A stretch of DNA of 62,105 bases, the filler included. It is 3 parts of 3 records of this genome, joined end to end, with 100 filler letters (N's around TTAATTAATTAA, not from the genome) between each part and the next. Parts side by side here need not be neighbours in the genome. Positions count along the whole stretch, not along the records: positions 48,178 to 62,105 come from DRR378314_637; 2 more parts are not named here. One strand, given 5' to 3'. Shown in pieces: positions 48,179-57,809 of the stretch; the stretch's first letter is position 1; each line of letters starts with the position of its first letter. The translations under genes were made by a program, and so were the position numbers. The notes under the pieces are model-generated. The model was given only the letters and a program-made list of their open reading frames with translations. It was not told where the DNA came from and made no database searches.

Positions 48179-51100
48179 GAAGGCGTCTTCGGCATGTGGT
48201 ACGGCAAAGGGCCAGGCGTTGACCGCGCGGGCGATGCGTTAAAGCACGGTAATGCCTACGGTAGCTCACCGACGGGTGGTGTGCTGGTAGTCGCGGGCGA
48301 TGACCATGGGTGTGTGTCGTCCTCCATGCCACACCAGTCGGATGTCGCCTTTATGGCTTGGTTTATGCCGGTCGTAAGCCCTGCCTCATTGGCGGAGTAC
48401 GAGCGCTTTGGGCTATGGGGCTATGCACTTTCACGCTTCTCTGGTTGCTGGGTGGGGTTCAAAGCCGTTTCCGAAACCGTAGAGAGTGGCGCATCGGTGG
48501 ACGTGCCGCCCTTGCCGGAATATGTCACGCCGGATTTCGAAATGCCGGAAGGCGGGCTGCACTATCGCTGGCCGGACCTGCCGGGGCCGCAGCTTGAGAC
48601 CCGCCTTGAGCACAAGCTGGCCGCCGTTCAGGCGTTTGCCACCGCTAACCCGATTGATCAGTATTTATTTCGCCAAGAACAGGCGACGTTTGGGCTGGTT
48701 ACCACAGGCAAAGGCCATCTGGATTTACTTGAGGCGCTGCGTTTGTTAGGGCTGGATGAAACGAAGCTGCGTGAATTGGGGGTGGAAATATACAAAGTCG
48801 GGATGGTGTGGCCGCTCCATCGCCCCGGCATTCTTGAGTTTATTCATGGCAAGCGCGAAGTGCTGGTCATTGAAGAGAAGCGCGGCATTATTGAAAGTCA
48901 GCTTAAAGAGTATATGTCCGAACCCGACCATCCTGGCGAGGTCATCGTCACCGGCAAGCAGGATGAAACCGGCAAGCCCTTGATTCCCTTTGTTGGAGAG
49001 CTGGGCCCGCGTCTCTTGGCAGGTTTTGTCGCCGAGCGTCTCGCGCGCTTTTTCAAGATTGATTTTAGCGACAAATTGGCAACCGTTGATGCTTGCCAAG
49101 CCGGTGTTAAGGAGCTTGGTGGTGTGCGCCGCATGCCGTATTTCTGCTCCGGTTGCCCACACAATAGCTCGACCAAGGTGCCGGAGGGCAGTAAAGCCTT
49201 AGCGGGCATCGGCTGTCATTTTATGGCGTCGTGGATGGGCCGCAACACCGAATCGTTAATTCAGATGGGCGGCGAAGGCGTTAACTGGGTGGGCAAGAGC
49301 CGCTTTACCGGCAATGGCCATATTTTCCAGAACTTAGGCGAAGGCACCTGGTTTCACTCGGGCTCCATGGCGGTGCGCCAGGCAGTGGCTGCCAACGTCA
49401 ATATTACCTATAAAATCCTGTTCAACGACGCGGTTGCCATGACGGGCGGTCAACCCGTGGATGGGCAAATCAATGTGCCGATGATCGCCCGGCAGTCGCT
49501 GGATGAAGGTGTTCGTCGGGTAGTGGTGGTCAGTGATGAACCCGAAAAGTACCGCGGGTATGAAAAAGAGTTTCCTAAGCAGGTAACCTTCCACGGGCGC
49601 GAAGAGATGGACACGCTGCAACGTGAGCTGCGCGAAATTCCTGGCTGCACCGTATTGATTTATGACCAGGCTTGCGCGGCTGAAAAGCGCCGTCGGCGCA
49701 AGCGTGGTTTGATGGAAGACCCCGCTCGCCGGGTGTTCATTAACCATCATGTTTGCGAAGGTTGTGGTGATTGTTCTGTACAGTCCAACTGTTTATCGGT
49801 GGTGCCTCGCGAGACCGAACTAGGCCGCAAGCGCAAAATTGATCAGTCGTCCTGCAACAAGGATATGTCCTGCGTCAGTGGCTTTTGCCCCAGTTTTGTC
49901 ACGGTTGAAGGTGGCGGGCTGCGTAAAGGCCAGGGCGTCACCGCAGATAATGCCTTTTGGCAACGCATAGCGCATTTGCCAACCCCTGCGATTGCCACTT
50001 TAACGGCCCCTTATGACTTGCTGGTGGGAGGCGTTGGTGGCACGGGCGTGGTGACCGTTGGGCAGCTGATTACCATGGCCGCACACCTGGAAGGCAAGGG
50101 CAGCAGCGTGCTCGACTTTATGGGGTTTGCGCAAAAAGGCGGAGCGGTACTGAGCTATGTGCGTCTGGCATCACAGCCCGGTGAGCTGAATCAGGTACGT
50201 ATCGAAGCTGGTCAGGCCGACGCGATGATCGCTTGCGATATGGTCGTGGCGAGTTCGCAGAAAGCGCTAAATGTGCTGCAGCCGACCACGCGTATAGTGG
50301 CGAATCTGGCCGAGCTAGCCACGGCGGATTATGTCCTTTATCGCGATGCGGATATGCAGCCCAGTAAGCGCCTTAACATGCTGTGTGAAGCGGTAGGCGA
50401 GGAACGCTTTGCTTCCCTGGATGCCAATCGCCTAGCCGAACAGCTGCTGGGCGATACGGTGTTTTCCAATATGATGATGCTGGGGTTTGCCTGGCAACAG
50501 GGGTTGGTGCCGCTTTCTGAACCTGCGCTGCAGCGTGCTCTGGAGCTAAACGGCGTCGCTGTGGAGAAGAACCGTCAGGCATTTGCCTGGGGGCGTTTGG
50601 CTGCGGTGGAGCCCGACTACCTTCAGCAGCATTTGGATACGCTGCCCCTGTCCGCGAATGCCACACTGGACGATGTAGTTGCGCGTAACAGCCGCCACTT
50701 GGAGCGCTATCAGAACCGTGCCTGGGCTGAGCGTTACGTTACTCAAGTAACGAAAGTGCGTGAAGCAGAAACAGCGCTAAACGGTGGCCAATCGTTGAGT
50801 GAAGCCGTCGCCCATCAGCTCTATCGTTTGATGGCGTATAAAGATGAGTATGAAGTGGCGCGCCTTTACACCCAGAGCGATTTTCTGGATGAGGTCAAAG
50901 CAACATTCTCGGGCGACTACCAGCTAACCTTCCATTTGGCACCGCCGCTACTGGGTGGGCGCAAAGATGCCCAAGGGCGTCCGGTGAAGCGCCGCTTCGG
51001 CCCTTGGGTGCTGAAGGCAATGGGCGCGTTGGCCAAGCTGCGCGGTTTGCGCAACACCGCGCTTGACCCTTTCCGCTTCAGCGCTGATCGTAAACTTGAC

Positions 51101-51325
51101 CGTGCTTTATTGGCTGACTACGAGCAGTTGATTGATGAGTTAGTGACTCGTCTTGACGGCACGAATCACGCCACGGCCTTAACGCTTGCTAAGTTGCCAG
51201 AAGAGATTCGTGGTTTCGGACCCGTTCGCGAAGCTGCCGCTGAGAAAGCCAACGAGCGCCGCGAGACGTTGTTGAAGGAGCTACGTGAAGGGCGCTCGAA
51301 GACCATCGCTGTCGAAGCTGCTTAA
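48179..51325 (+). CDS. Indolepyruvate:ferredoxin oxidoreductase family protein (fused alpha/beta IOR-type 2-oxoacid oxidoreductase), 5'-truncated
   Basis: GVFGMWYGKGPGVDR, GDDHG..SS, PYFCSGCPHN, TPP-binding region GEGTWFHSG, ferredoxin-like CEGCGDCSVQSNC...CNKDMSCVSGFCPSF, GVGGTGVVT, AQKGG, and C-terminal MAYKDEYEVARL. The frame is open from the contig edge. Confidence 0.93.
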   Translation, partial: EGVFGMWYGKGPGVDRAGDALKHGNAYGSSPTGGVLVVAGDDHGCVSSSMPHQSDVAFMAWFMPVVSPASLAEYERFGLWGYALSRFSGCWVGFKAVSETVESGASVDVPPLPEYVTPDFEMPEGGLHYRWPDLPGPQLETRLEHKLAAVQAFATANPIDQYLFRQEQATFGLVTTGKGHLDLLEALRLLGLDETKLRELGVEIYKVGMVWPLHRPGILEFIHGKREVLVIEEKRGIIESQLKEYMSEPDHPGEVIVTGKQDETGKPLIPFVGELGPRLLAGFVAERLARFFKIDFSDKLATVDACQAGVKELGGVRRMPYFCSGCPHNSSTKVPEGSKALAGIGCHFMASWMGRNTESLIQMGGEGVNWVGKSRFTGNGHIFQNLGEGTWFHSGSMAVRQAVAANVNITYKILFNDAVAMTGGQPVDGQINVPMIARQSLDEGVRRVVVVSDEPEKYRGYEKEFPKQVTFHGREEMDTLQRELREIPGCTVLIYDQACAAEKRRRRKRGLMEDPARRVFINHHVCEGCGDCSVQSNCLSVVPRETELGRKRKIDQSSCNKDMSCVSGFCPSFVTVEGGGLRKGQGVTADNAFWQRIAHLPTPAIATLTAPYDLLVGGVGGTGVVTVGQLITMAAHLEGKGSSVLDFMGFAQKGGAVLSYVRLASQPGELNQVRIEAGQADAMIACDMVVASSQKALNVLQPTTRIVANLAELATADYVLYRDADMQPSKRLNMLCEAVGEERFASLDANRLAEQLLGDTVFSNMMMLGFAWQQGLVPLSEPALQRALELNGVAVEKNRQAFAWGRLAAVEPDYLQQHLDTLPLSANATLDDVVARNSRHLERYQNRAWAERYVTQVTKVREAETALNGGQSLSEAVAHQLYRLMAYKDEYEVARLYTQSDFLDEVKATFSGDYQLTFHLAPPLLGGRKDAQGRPVKRRFGPWVLKAMGALAKLRGLRNTALDPFRFSADRKLDRALLADYEQLIDELVTRLDGTNHATALTLAKLPEEIRGFGPVREAAAEKANERRETLLKELREGRSKTIAVEAA

Positions 51326-51342
51326 GGCAACTCAATATAGGT

Positions 51343-51371
51343 AAAAAAGGCCACGCAATGCGTGGCCTTTT
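51343..51371. terminator. Bidirectional Rho-independent terminator
   Basis: AAAAAA-GGCCACGC-AAT-GCGTGGCC-TTTT between the convergent IOR and MFS genes. Confidence 0.9.
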
Positions 51372-51396
51372 GCTAGGTAGCGAGACAGTGATTCAG

Positions 51397-52587
51397 CTAA
51401 GCCTCTTTTCGGCGGCGTACCAGCAGCCAGTGGCTTAGTAAGGCGAGCAGCCCCATCAGGCCGATCGTCAAGGCCATGGTGCGCGAGCTGCCGTCGTGGA
51501 ATTGCCCGACTAGTCCACCTACCACAGCGGCAATCGTCATTTGCAGAAAACCAAACAAAGAAGACGCTGCGCCTGCACATTGAGGATTGGGCGCCAGTGC
51601 ACCGGCCATTGTTTGTGGCATCAAAATGCCGACCCCCAGCATGAACACCATATGCGGCCCCACCACCGCCCACGGATGATGAACGCCAACGGTGGCCAAG
51701 CCCGCCATGACGACGCCCCCAGTTGCGCAAATTACGCTGCCCAAAGTAACAAGGCGATCACGCCCCAAGCGGTGGCTATAGCGACCGCTGATCAGCGTGC
51801 CGAAGAAGAAGCCCGCGACAATCAGCGTGAACAGCACGCCATACAACGTAGGCGCGACACCCAGGTATTCGATGAGTACAAAAGATGAGCCCGAAAGGTA
51901 CGCGAATAGCCCGGAGAACGCGGCCGCATTGACCAAGGTGTAGCCAATAAAGGCACGCTGAGTCAGTAGTAAGCGGAAGTTAGCCAGTACTGTTTTTGGG
52001 TGGATCGATTGCCGTCGCTCCTTCGCCAACGGCTCGGGTAGCATAAATATCAGCACCGCCAGCATCACTGCTGCGTAGAGCGCCAGCACCACGAACACCG
52101 ATTCCCAGCCAAAAAACAGCAGTAACCCTGCGCCCACCACGGGGGCCAGAGCAGGGGCGAGGGCCATCGTGCTTGCCATATAAGAGAGAATGCGCCCAGC
52201 CTCGATAGGGCCATGAATGTCGCGCACCGATGCCCGTGCTAATACCGGTCCAGCAGCACCGCCGAAGGCCTGTAGAAAGCGACCTACCAGCAACCACTCG
52301 ACGCTAGGCGCCCAGGCACACAGTAGGCTCGCAGCGAGAAACAGCGATAACCCTGCAATCATCACCGGGCGGCGGCCAAAGCGATCAGAGATTGGCCCGC
52401 ACACTAATTGGGCCAGAGCGAATCCAGCCATATAGAGGCTAAGGGTCAGCTGTATTCGGTCTGGGCCAGTATTCAGCGCTTCTGCCATCGCGGGCATGGC
52501 TGGCAGGTACATATCCGTGGCCAGTGGGCCAAGTGCAGTCACCGCGGCTAGGGCCACGACGGTGGCGGTAGAGGGCAGCTTTAGCAC
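51397..52587 (-). CDS. Bcr/CflA (DHA1) MFS efflux transporter
   Basis: 12-TM pattern, ATDMYLPAMP and GPISDRFGRRPV motifs. GTG start with an AAGGAG RBS upstream. Confidence 0.92.
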   Translation of the reverse strand: MLKLPSTATVVALAAVTALGPLATDMYLPAMPAMAEALNTGPDRIQLTLSLYMAGFALAQLVCGPISDRFGRRPVMIAGLSLFLAASLLCAWAPSVEWLLVGRFLQAFGGAAGPVLARASVRDIHGPIEAGRILSYMASTMALAPALAPVVGAGLLLFFGWESVFVVLALYAAVMLAVLIFMLPEPLAKERRQSIHPKTVLANFRLLLTQRAFIGYTLVNAAAFSGLFAYLSGSSFVLIEYLGVAPTLYGVLFTLIVAGFFFGTLISGRYSHRLGRDRLVTLGSVICATGGVVMAGLATVGVHHPWAVVGPHMVFMLGVGILMPQTMAGALAPNPQCAGAASSLFGFLQMTIAAVVGGLVGQFHDGSSRTMALTIGLMGLLALLSHWLLVRRRKEA

Positions 52588-52633
52588 CCCTTAACTCCTT
52601 TTGGTTGGATGTGATGCCCCTTCGGACACGAGA

Positions 52634-52663
52634 CGGGCGCCTTCCCGAGTGGAAAGACGCCCG
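52634..52663 (-). terminator. Stem-loop downstream of maiA (weak terminator or mRNA stabiliser)
   Basis: CGGGCGTCTTTCC-ACTC-GGGAAGGCGCCCG on the minus strand, followed by a poor U-tract. Confidence 0.55.
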
Positions 52664-52722
52664 CTTATGTTAGCCTGCTTAGTATAACTTAATAGTATCG
52701 CTTTATTTGGCTTGGCTTCAGC

Positions 52723-53367
52723 TTAGTTGGCGTCAGGCTGTGCCCCGGGGGCGGCTTTTGTGAAGGCTGGCAGCGCACGACAATTGGCAGCGATACGCTG
52801 GATCGTCAGGTAGGCTGACAAATCGCACTCGAAGCGTTCTGCGTTATACACCTGGGGAATCAGGCAGATATCCGCAAGCGTTGGGGTGTCGCCATAGCAA
52901 AAATCGCCGCTGTTTGAATCAGATGCTAGCGTTGCTTCCAGAGCTGCAAAGCCCTCGGTAATCCAGTGGCGATACCATGCTAACTTGGCCGCCTCATCCA
53001 CTCCCAGTTCATTGACGAGATACTTGAGCACCCGCAGGTTATTGAGCGGATGAATCTCGCAAGCGACCGACTGGGCAAGCGCACGAACTCTTGCGCGCGC
53101 TAAAGCATCAGCCGGTAGCAGCGCAGGCTCGGGGTGTAGCTCATCGAGATACTCACAGATCGCCAGTGACTGGTTCACCACTGAGTTATCATCCAGCACT
53201 AAGCTAGGCACCATCCCCTGAGGGTTGCGCGCCAAATGCTCGCCATCACGCTGCTCGCCTTTCACCAAATTGACCGGAACCTGATCGTAGTCCAAGCCTT
53301 TCAGGTTTAAGGCGATCCGCACCCGGTAAGCAGCCGACGAGCGGAAATAGCCGTAAAGCGTCGTCAT
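52723..53367 (-). CDS. maiA: Maleylacetoacetate isomerase (GST zeta)
   Basis: YFRSSAAYRVRIALNLKG zeta-class motif, NPQGMVP, EIHPLNNLRVL, QPDA C-terminus; clustered with hmgA. Confidence 0.95.
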   Translation of the reverse strand: MTTLYGYFRSSAAYRVRIALNLKGLDYDQVPVNLVKGEQRDGEHLARNPQGMVPSLVLDDNSVVNQSLAICEYLDELHPEPALLPADALARARVRALAQSVACEIHPLNNLRVLKYLVNELGVDEAAKLAWYRHWITEGFAALEATLASDSNSGDFCYGDTPTLADICLIPQVYNAERFECDLSAYLTIQRIAANCRALPAFTKAAPGAQPDAN

Positions 53368-53388
53368 GTTACCTTCCTTGTGTTGGCT

Positions 53389-54408
53389 TTATTTGGGCTG
53401 GTACTTCACGACTTGCTGATCGATGGTACCAAATAGGTTGTTGCCATCGCGGTCAAACATCTCGATGCGCACCCGGTCGCCAAAGCGCATAAAGGGAGTT
53501 TTTACCTGGCCGTAAAGTATCTGCTCGACCATGCGTACTTCGGCCAAGCAGCTATAGCCTACGCCGCCGTCAGCCACCGGCTTTCCAGGGCCGCCATCGG
53601 GGTCTGGGTTGGAAACAGTACCCGAACCAATCACAGCGCCCGCGCCGAGGTAGCGGGTCTTGGCCGCATGGGCAACCAGCTGTGGAAAGCTGAAAATCAT
53701 ATCGGGACCCGCTTCTGGCTCGCCAAACTTCTCGTCATTCAGGTGCACGGTCAGCGGCAGGTGCACTTTGCCTTCTTGCCAAGCATCGCCTAGTTCATCT
53801 GGGGTCACCGCGATGGGCGAGAAAGAAGAGGCGGGCTTGGCTTGGAAAAAGCCGAAGCCCTTCGCCAGCTCGCCTGGAATCAGGCCGCGTAGGCTGACAT
53901 CGTTGACCAGCATCACCAGTTTAATGTGCTTGGCGGCTTCCTCGGGAGTGACGGCCATCGGCACGTCATCGGTAATAACCGCGATCTCACCTTCAAAGTC
54001 GATGCCATGCTCTTCACTGACCGCTTCGATATCTTCGGTGGGCGCCAGGAAGCAGTCGCTACCGCCCTGGTACATAAGCGGATCGGTCCAGAAGGTTTCG
54101 GGCATCTCGGCATTGCGCGCCTGGCGCACCAGTTGGACATGGTTCAGATAGGCGGAGCCGTCGGCCCACTGATAAGCACGCGGTAACGGGGAGTGAAGCG
54201 CACGCTGGTCAAGCTCAAAAGTACCGTCGGCATCACCACTATTCAGTTGTGCGTAGCGCTCTTCAAGTTGAGGGCTAACGGCTTCCCAGCTTTCAAGGGC
54301 CGCTTGAAGTGTGGGAGCAATATCAACAGCGCTTACGGCACGGGAGAGGTCGCGAGAGACGATAATGAGTTCGCCATCGCGGCCTTTGTTAAGTGTTGCA
54401 AGTTTCAT
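53389..54408 (-). CDS. fahA: Fumarylacetoacetate hydrolase family protein (probable fumarylacetoacetase)
   Basis: MKLATL..GRDG, WADGSAYLNHV, YQGGSD, DFEGE, NDVSLR, GSGTVSN; lies between hmgA and maiA. Confidence 0.85.
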   Translation of the reverse strand: MKLATLNKGRDGELIIVSRDLSRAVSAVDIAPTLQAALESWEAVSPQLEERYAQLNSGDADGTFELDQRALHSPLPRAYQWADGSAYLNHVQLVRQARNAEMPETFWTDPLMYQGGSDCFLAPTEDIEAVSEEHGIDFEGEIAVITDDVPMAVTPEEAAKHIKLVMLVNDVSLRGLIPGELAKGFGFFQAKPASSFSPIAVTPDELGDAWQEGKVHLPLTVHLNDEKFGEPEAGPDMIFSFPQLVAHAAKTRYLGAGAVIGSGTVSNPDPDGGPGKPVADGGVGYSCLAEVRMVEQILYGQVKTPFMRFGDRVRIEMFDRDGNNLFGTIDQQVVKYQPK

Positions 54409-54444
54409 GGGTATTCAATCCTTGTCGTCAGGGGGCGATAAGTT

Positions 54445-55752
54445 TTACGGCTGGTTTGGGTTGAAGTGCGAACGCAGCGTTGACCAAACATCCACATAGT
54501 CACGTTGGCGGAAATCAGCATCCAGAGCCGCAGGGGTTGGATGGAAGAAGTAGCGGCTTTCAAACATGAAGGCCAATGTATCGCCTATGAAGTGTGGCTT
54601 CAGCTCAGCATTGGAAGCTTTCTCGAATGTCTCAGCATCCGGGCCGTGGGGTGACATTGAATTGTGTAGGCTGGCTCCGCCTGGAGTGAAGCCTTCCGCT
54701 TTCGCATCGTACTCGCCATGAATAAGCCCCATAAACTCGCTCATCAGGTTGCGATGGAACCAGGGCGGCCTGAAGGTGTTCTCGGCAACCATCCAGCGTG
54801 GCGGGAAGATGACAAAATCCAGATTGGCCATTCCCGGCGTATCGGAGGGTGACGTTAATACGGTGAAGATTGACGGATCTGGATGGTCGAAGCTCACCGT
54901 ATTGATGGTGTTGAAGTTGGCGAGATTATATTTATACGGCGCGCAGTTACCGTGCCACGCCACTACATCTAACGGCGAATGGTTAAGCTTTGTTTCCCAG
55001 AAACGGCCAGAGAACTTAGCGACTAAACGGTAATCACCTTCCAGGTCTTCATAAGCTGCCACCGGGCTTTGGAAGTCACGCGGGTTGGCTAAACCGTTAG
55101 CTCCGATGGGGCCGAGGCCGGGCAGTTCTAGAGGGCTGCCGTAGTTCTCACAAATGTACCCCCGCGCAGCGTCAACACCCTGCGCTTTACGCACTTGGAA
55201 CTTCACACCGCGAGGAATAACGGCAATCTCACCGTTATCGATCTCGAGTTCACCAAACTCGGTGCGTAAACGAATAGCCCCCATTTGTGGAACGAAGAGT
55301 AGTTCGCCATCCGCGTTGTAGAAAAAGCGTTCGGTCATGTCTGCATTGAACGTATAAACATGCACGCCCACGCCAGCCTGGGTGGCCGCATCACCGTTCA
55401 CTGCAATGGTAAACAGGCCATCGATAAAGTCAGTCGGTGCATCCGGTATCGCAACCGGGTCCCAGCGCATTTGGTTGGGGTCGGCTGCTGGGCGCTCTAA
55501 CGGGGCGGTGTGTACGTTGTTATTTTCCAGTGGCTGGTAAGCACTTTGAACCACCGACGGGCGAATACGGTAAAGCCAGCTACGAAAGTTTTGATGCCGG
55601 GGCGCAGTGAAGGCGGAACCAGTGAGTTGTTCTGCGTATAAGCCGTAAGCGCACTTTTGCGGTGAGTTTTGCCCAATCGGCAGTGCACCCGGCAGCGCTT
55701 CGCTTGAAAAGTGGTTATGGAAACCGTTCTGATATTGCAATTGTTCAGTCAT
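54445..55752 (-). CDS. hmgA: Homogentisate 1,2-dioxygenase
   Basis: [39 protein letters not shown], and [17 protein letters not shown] plus PHGPD, which carry the Fe ligands. Confidence 0.98.
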   Translation of the reverse strand: MTEQLQYQNGFHNHFSSEALPGALPIGQNSPQKCAYGLYAEQLTGSAFTAPRHQNFRSWLYRIRPSVVQSAYQPLENNNVHTAPLERPAADPNQMRWDPVAIPDAPTDFIDGLFTIAVNGDAATQAGVGVHVYTFNADMTERFFYNADGELLFVPQMGAIRLRTEFGELEIDNGEIAVIPRGVKFQVRKAQGVDAARGYICENYGSPLELPGLGPIGANGLANPRDFQSPVAAYEDLEGDYRLVAKFSGRFWETKLNHSPLDVVAWHGNCAPYKYNLANFNTINTVSFDHPDPSIFTVLTSPSDTPGMANLDFVIFPPRWMVAENTFRPPWFHRNLMSEFMGLIHGEYDAKAEGFTPGGASLHNSMSPHGPDAETFEKASNAELKPHFIGDTLAFMFESRYFFHPTPAALDADFRQRDYVDVWSTLRSHFNPNQP

Positions 55753-55819
55753 TGTTAAGACCTGCTTTGTTTGGACGTTACTTAAATAAATCTAAGTCTT
55801 ATAAACATAGACGCGGCGA

Positions 55820-56017
55820 TTAATCACCATCACCAACCGCATGGGAAATGGCTGCTTCTAGCACGGTTTGATCGCCGATATGATTAGCCAGTAACAAGAT
55901 CAAACGGGCATTGATGCGCTCACTCTCTGCCTCGCTGCGGTCGCGATGTAGCGCGGTGAGTGCCGCGTAAAAGGCGTCCGGATCAGTGAAGTTGGGATTT
56001 AATTCAAGCCTTGGCAT
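55820..56017 (-). CDS. Small DUF2783-like protein (65 aa), putative hydroxylase coupling subunit
   Basis: MPRLELNPNFTDPDAFYAALTALHRD...INARLILLLANHIGD. The ATG at 56017 overlaps the upstream stop by 14 bp and has an AGGAG RBS. Confidence 0.85.
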   Translation of the reverse strand: MPRLELNPNFTDPDAFYAALTALHRDRSEAESERINARLILLLANHIGDQTVLEAAISHAVGDGD

Positions 56018-57734
56018 GGCAACGCTCCTGAAAGGTCGTCTCAGCGGTACCCGCAAGATAAACGCCCAGCGCGCGGTCTAATGCGTCTTCAACCTGGTGG
56101 GCAGTGACGGTGTGCCAGCGAGCAGTAACGTGCTGGTCAGGACGGATAAGGTATCCGCCACCCGCTTTCAGGCCGTAGCGTTGCGTCACTAGCCCTTCGG
56201 TATCGTCTATCACGGTGGTGCGCGGTAGAGCGCCAAACTCATCCGGAGCTGGGCCAACCACCACAAGGCGTAAGTCAGTGTGGCGATCTAGCAGCTCGCT
56301 CAGCTCTCTTAGCGGCGCAGTGGCGTGACCGTCATCAATACGGCTATCGAGTAGCAGTACAAAACCATTACCAAACTGGTTGAGTAGCCAAGCGTTCTGC
56401 TCACCCAGGCGAATGGGGGCGTCTTTAGCCGAGCTACCAGGGCGCAGTTCGCTTGGGCCACCATCAACATCGGGCGTATTAAGCGGTGAACTATCGTAGC
56501 GACACGGCATGGAAAGGCGGCCGCTGTTAACTAGGCTACGTGCGAAGGCATGTTTCTCCGCCAGCTCCAGCGTCACATCGCGGAATACCTGGCTGATATG
56601 GCTCTTCGGGGTAATAAAATCAGTGGCGCGGGTAGAGTTAAGCAGGTTTTCTGCCGCGCCGTGCTGGCGCTCGGTGTTATACGTGGATAAGAGTGTTTTC
56701 GGTGCCTGCGCTTTGAGAACACGCGCCAGTTTCCAGGCTAAGTTCTCCACACCCTGGAGGGCGCCGTTGGCACCTCTGGCACCAAAGGGGGATACCTGAT
56801 GAGCGGCGTCGCCCATAAATATCACGCTGTGATGAATGAAGTTATCCATCTTGCGGCAGCGGAAGGTGTAGACACTGGCCCACTCAAGCTCAAACTCCAC
56901 GTCCGGGCCAAGCATCGCCTGCACGCGCGGGCGAATGTTCTCTTCTTTCTTTTCTTCTTCCGGGTCAGCGTCCCAGCCTAGCTGGAAGTCGATACGCCAC
57001 ACATTGTCGGGTTCTTTGTGCAGCAGCACCGATTGGTTGGGATGAAAGGGCGGATCAAACCAAAACCAGCGCTCTGTCGGAAAGTCAGCTTTCATCACCA
57101 CATCCGCAATCAGGAAGCGGTCTTGAAATACCTGGCCTTTGCAGTCAAGGCCTAGCATGTCGCGGATGCGGCTGTTGGCACCATCCGAAACAAGCAAATA
57201 GTCGCAGGTTAGTGAGTAGTCACCATCCTGAGTCGACACCTTGATGGCGGTGCTATCAGGCTGAGCATCAACATCAATGACCTTATGTTTCCAGCGCAGA
57301 TCAATTTGCTCAGCAAAGTCGTGAGCGCGATTGACCAGAAACTCTTCAAAGTAATACTGCTGCAAGTTAATAAAAGCGGGAATGCGGTGGCCATCTTCGG
57401 GCAGCAGGTTGAAGTCATAGACTTCGCGGTCTTGGAAAAAGACGCGGCCATGTTGCCAAGTGACGCCTTTTTCAAGCATCGGCTCGACGCAGCCTAAACG
57501 GTCAATAATTTCCAGTGAACGCTTGGCAAAGCACAATGCCCGCGACCCCACGCTAACGGTGTTGTTGTCGTCCAGGACAATCGAATGAATGCCTTGCTGA
57601 GCCAAATCGATAGCGGCGGCGAGGCCGCTAGGTCCGGCACCGACAATCACCACCGGGTAATGGCGAACATCTTGAACATCAAGTTCAGGCGGGCGTCGGT
57701 AAGGATAGACAGGATTTTTATAGGTTGTTGGCAT
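56004..57734 (-). CDS. FAD-dependent aromatic hydroxylase (PheA/TfdB/MhpA-like; probable hydroxyphenylacetate hydroxylase)
   Basis: VIVGAGPSG Rossmann motif, DGANSRIR, GDAAHQVSPFGARGANGA, and a C-terminal thioredoxin-like domain LIRPDQHV. Confidence 0.88.
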   Translation of the reverse strand: MPTTYKNPVYPYRRPPELDVQDVRHYPVVIVGAGPSGLAAAIDLAQQGIHSIVLDDNNTVSVGSRALCFAKRSLEIIDRLGCVEPMLEKGVTWQHGRVFFQDREVYDFNLLPEDGHRIPAFINLQQYYFEEFLVNRAHDFAEQIDLRWKHKVIDVDAQPDSTAIKVSTQDGDYSLTCDYLLVSDGANSRIRDMLGLDCKGQVFQDRFLIADVVMKADFPTERWFWFDPPFHPNQSVLLHKEPDNVWRIDFQLGWDADPEEEKKEENIRPRVQAMLGPDVEFELEWASVYTFRCRKMDNFIHHSVIFMGDAAHQVSPFGARGANGALQGVENLAWKLARVLKAQAPKTLLSTYNTERQHGAAENLLNSTRATDFITPKSHISQVFRDVTLELAEKHAFARSLVNSGRLSMPCRYDSSPLNTPDVDGGPSELRPGSSAKDAPIRLGEQNAWLLNQFGNGFVLLLDSRIDDGHATAPLRELSELLDRHTDLRLVVVGPAPDEFGALPRTTVIDDTEGLVTQRYGLKAGGGYLIRPDQHVTARWHTVTAHQVEDALDRALGVYLAGTAETTFQERCHAKA

Positions 57735-57809
57735 CTATTGCTCCCCTACAGCGTCGGGTGCGTTACACCCGACAGCTGGGCGTGATCAGTGGGTGTCTCT
57801 AGTAAGCAC

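Noticed and set aside
47900-48400. Horizontal transfer of the bacterial cluster into the eukaryote
   Set aside because: The junction is an artificial spacer, both flanking genes are truncated at it, and the bacterial part has no introns.
56018-56056. Longer start for the DUF2783 ORF
   Set aside because: Overlaps the hydroxylase coding region; the RBS supports the ATG at 56017.
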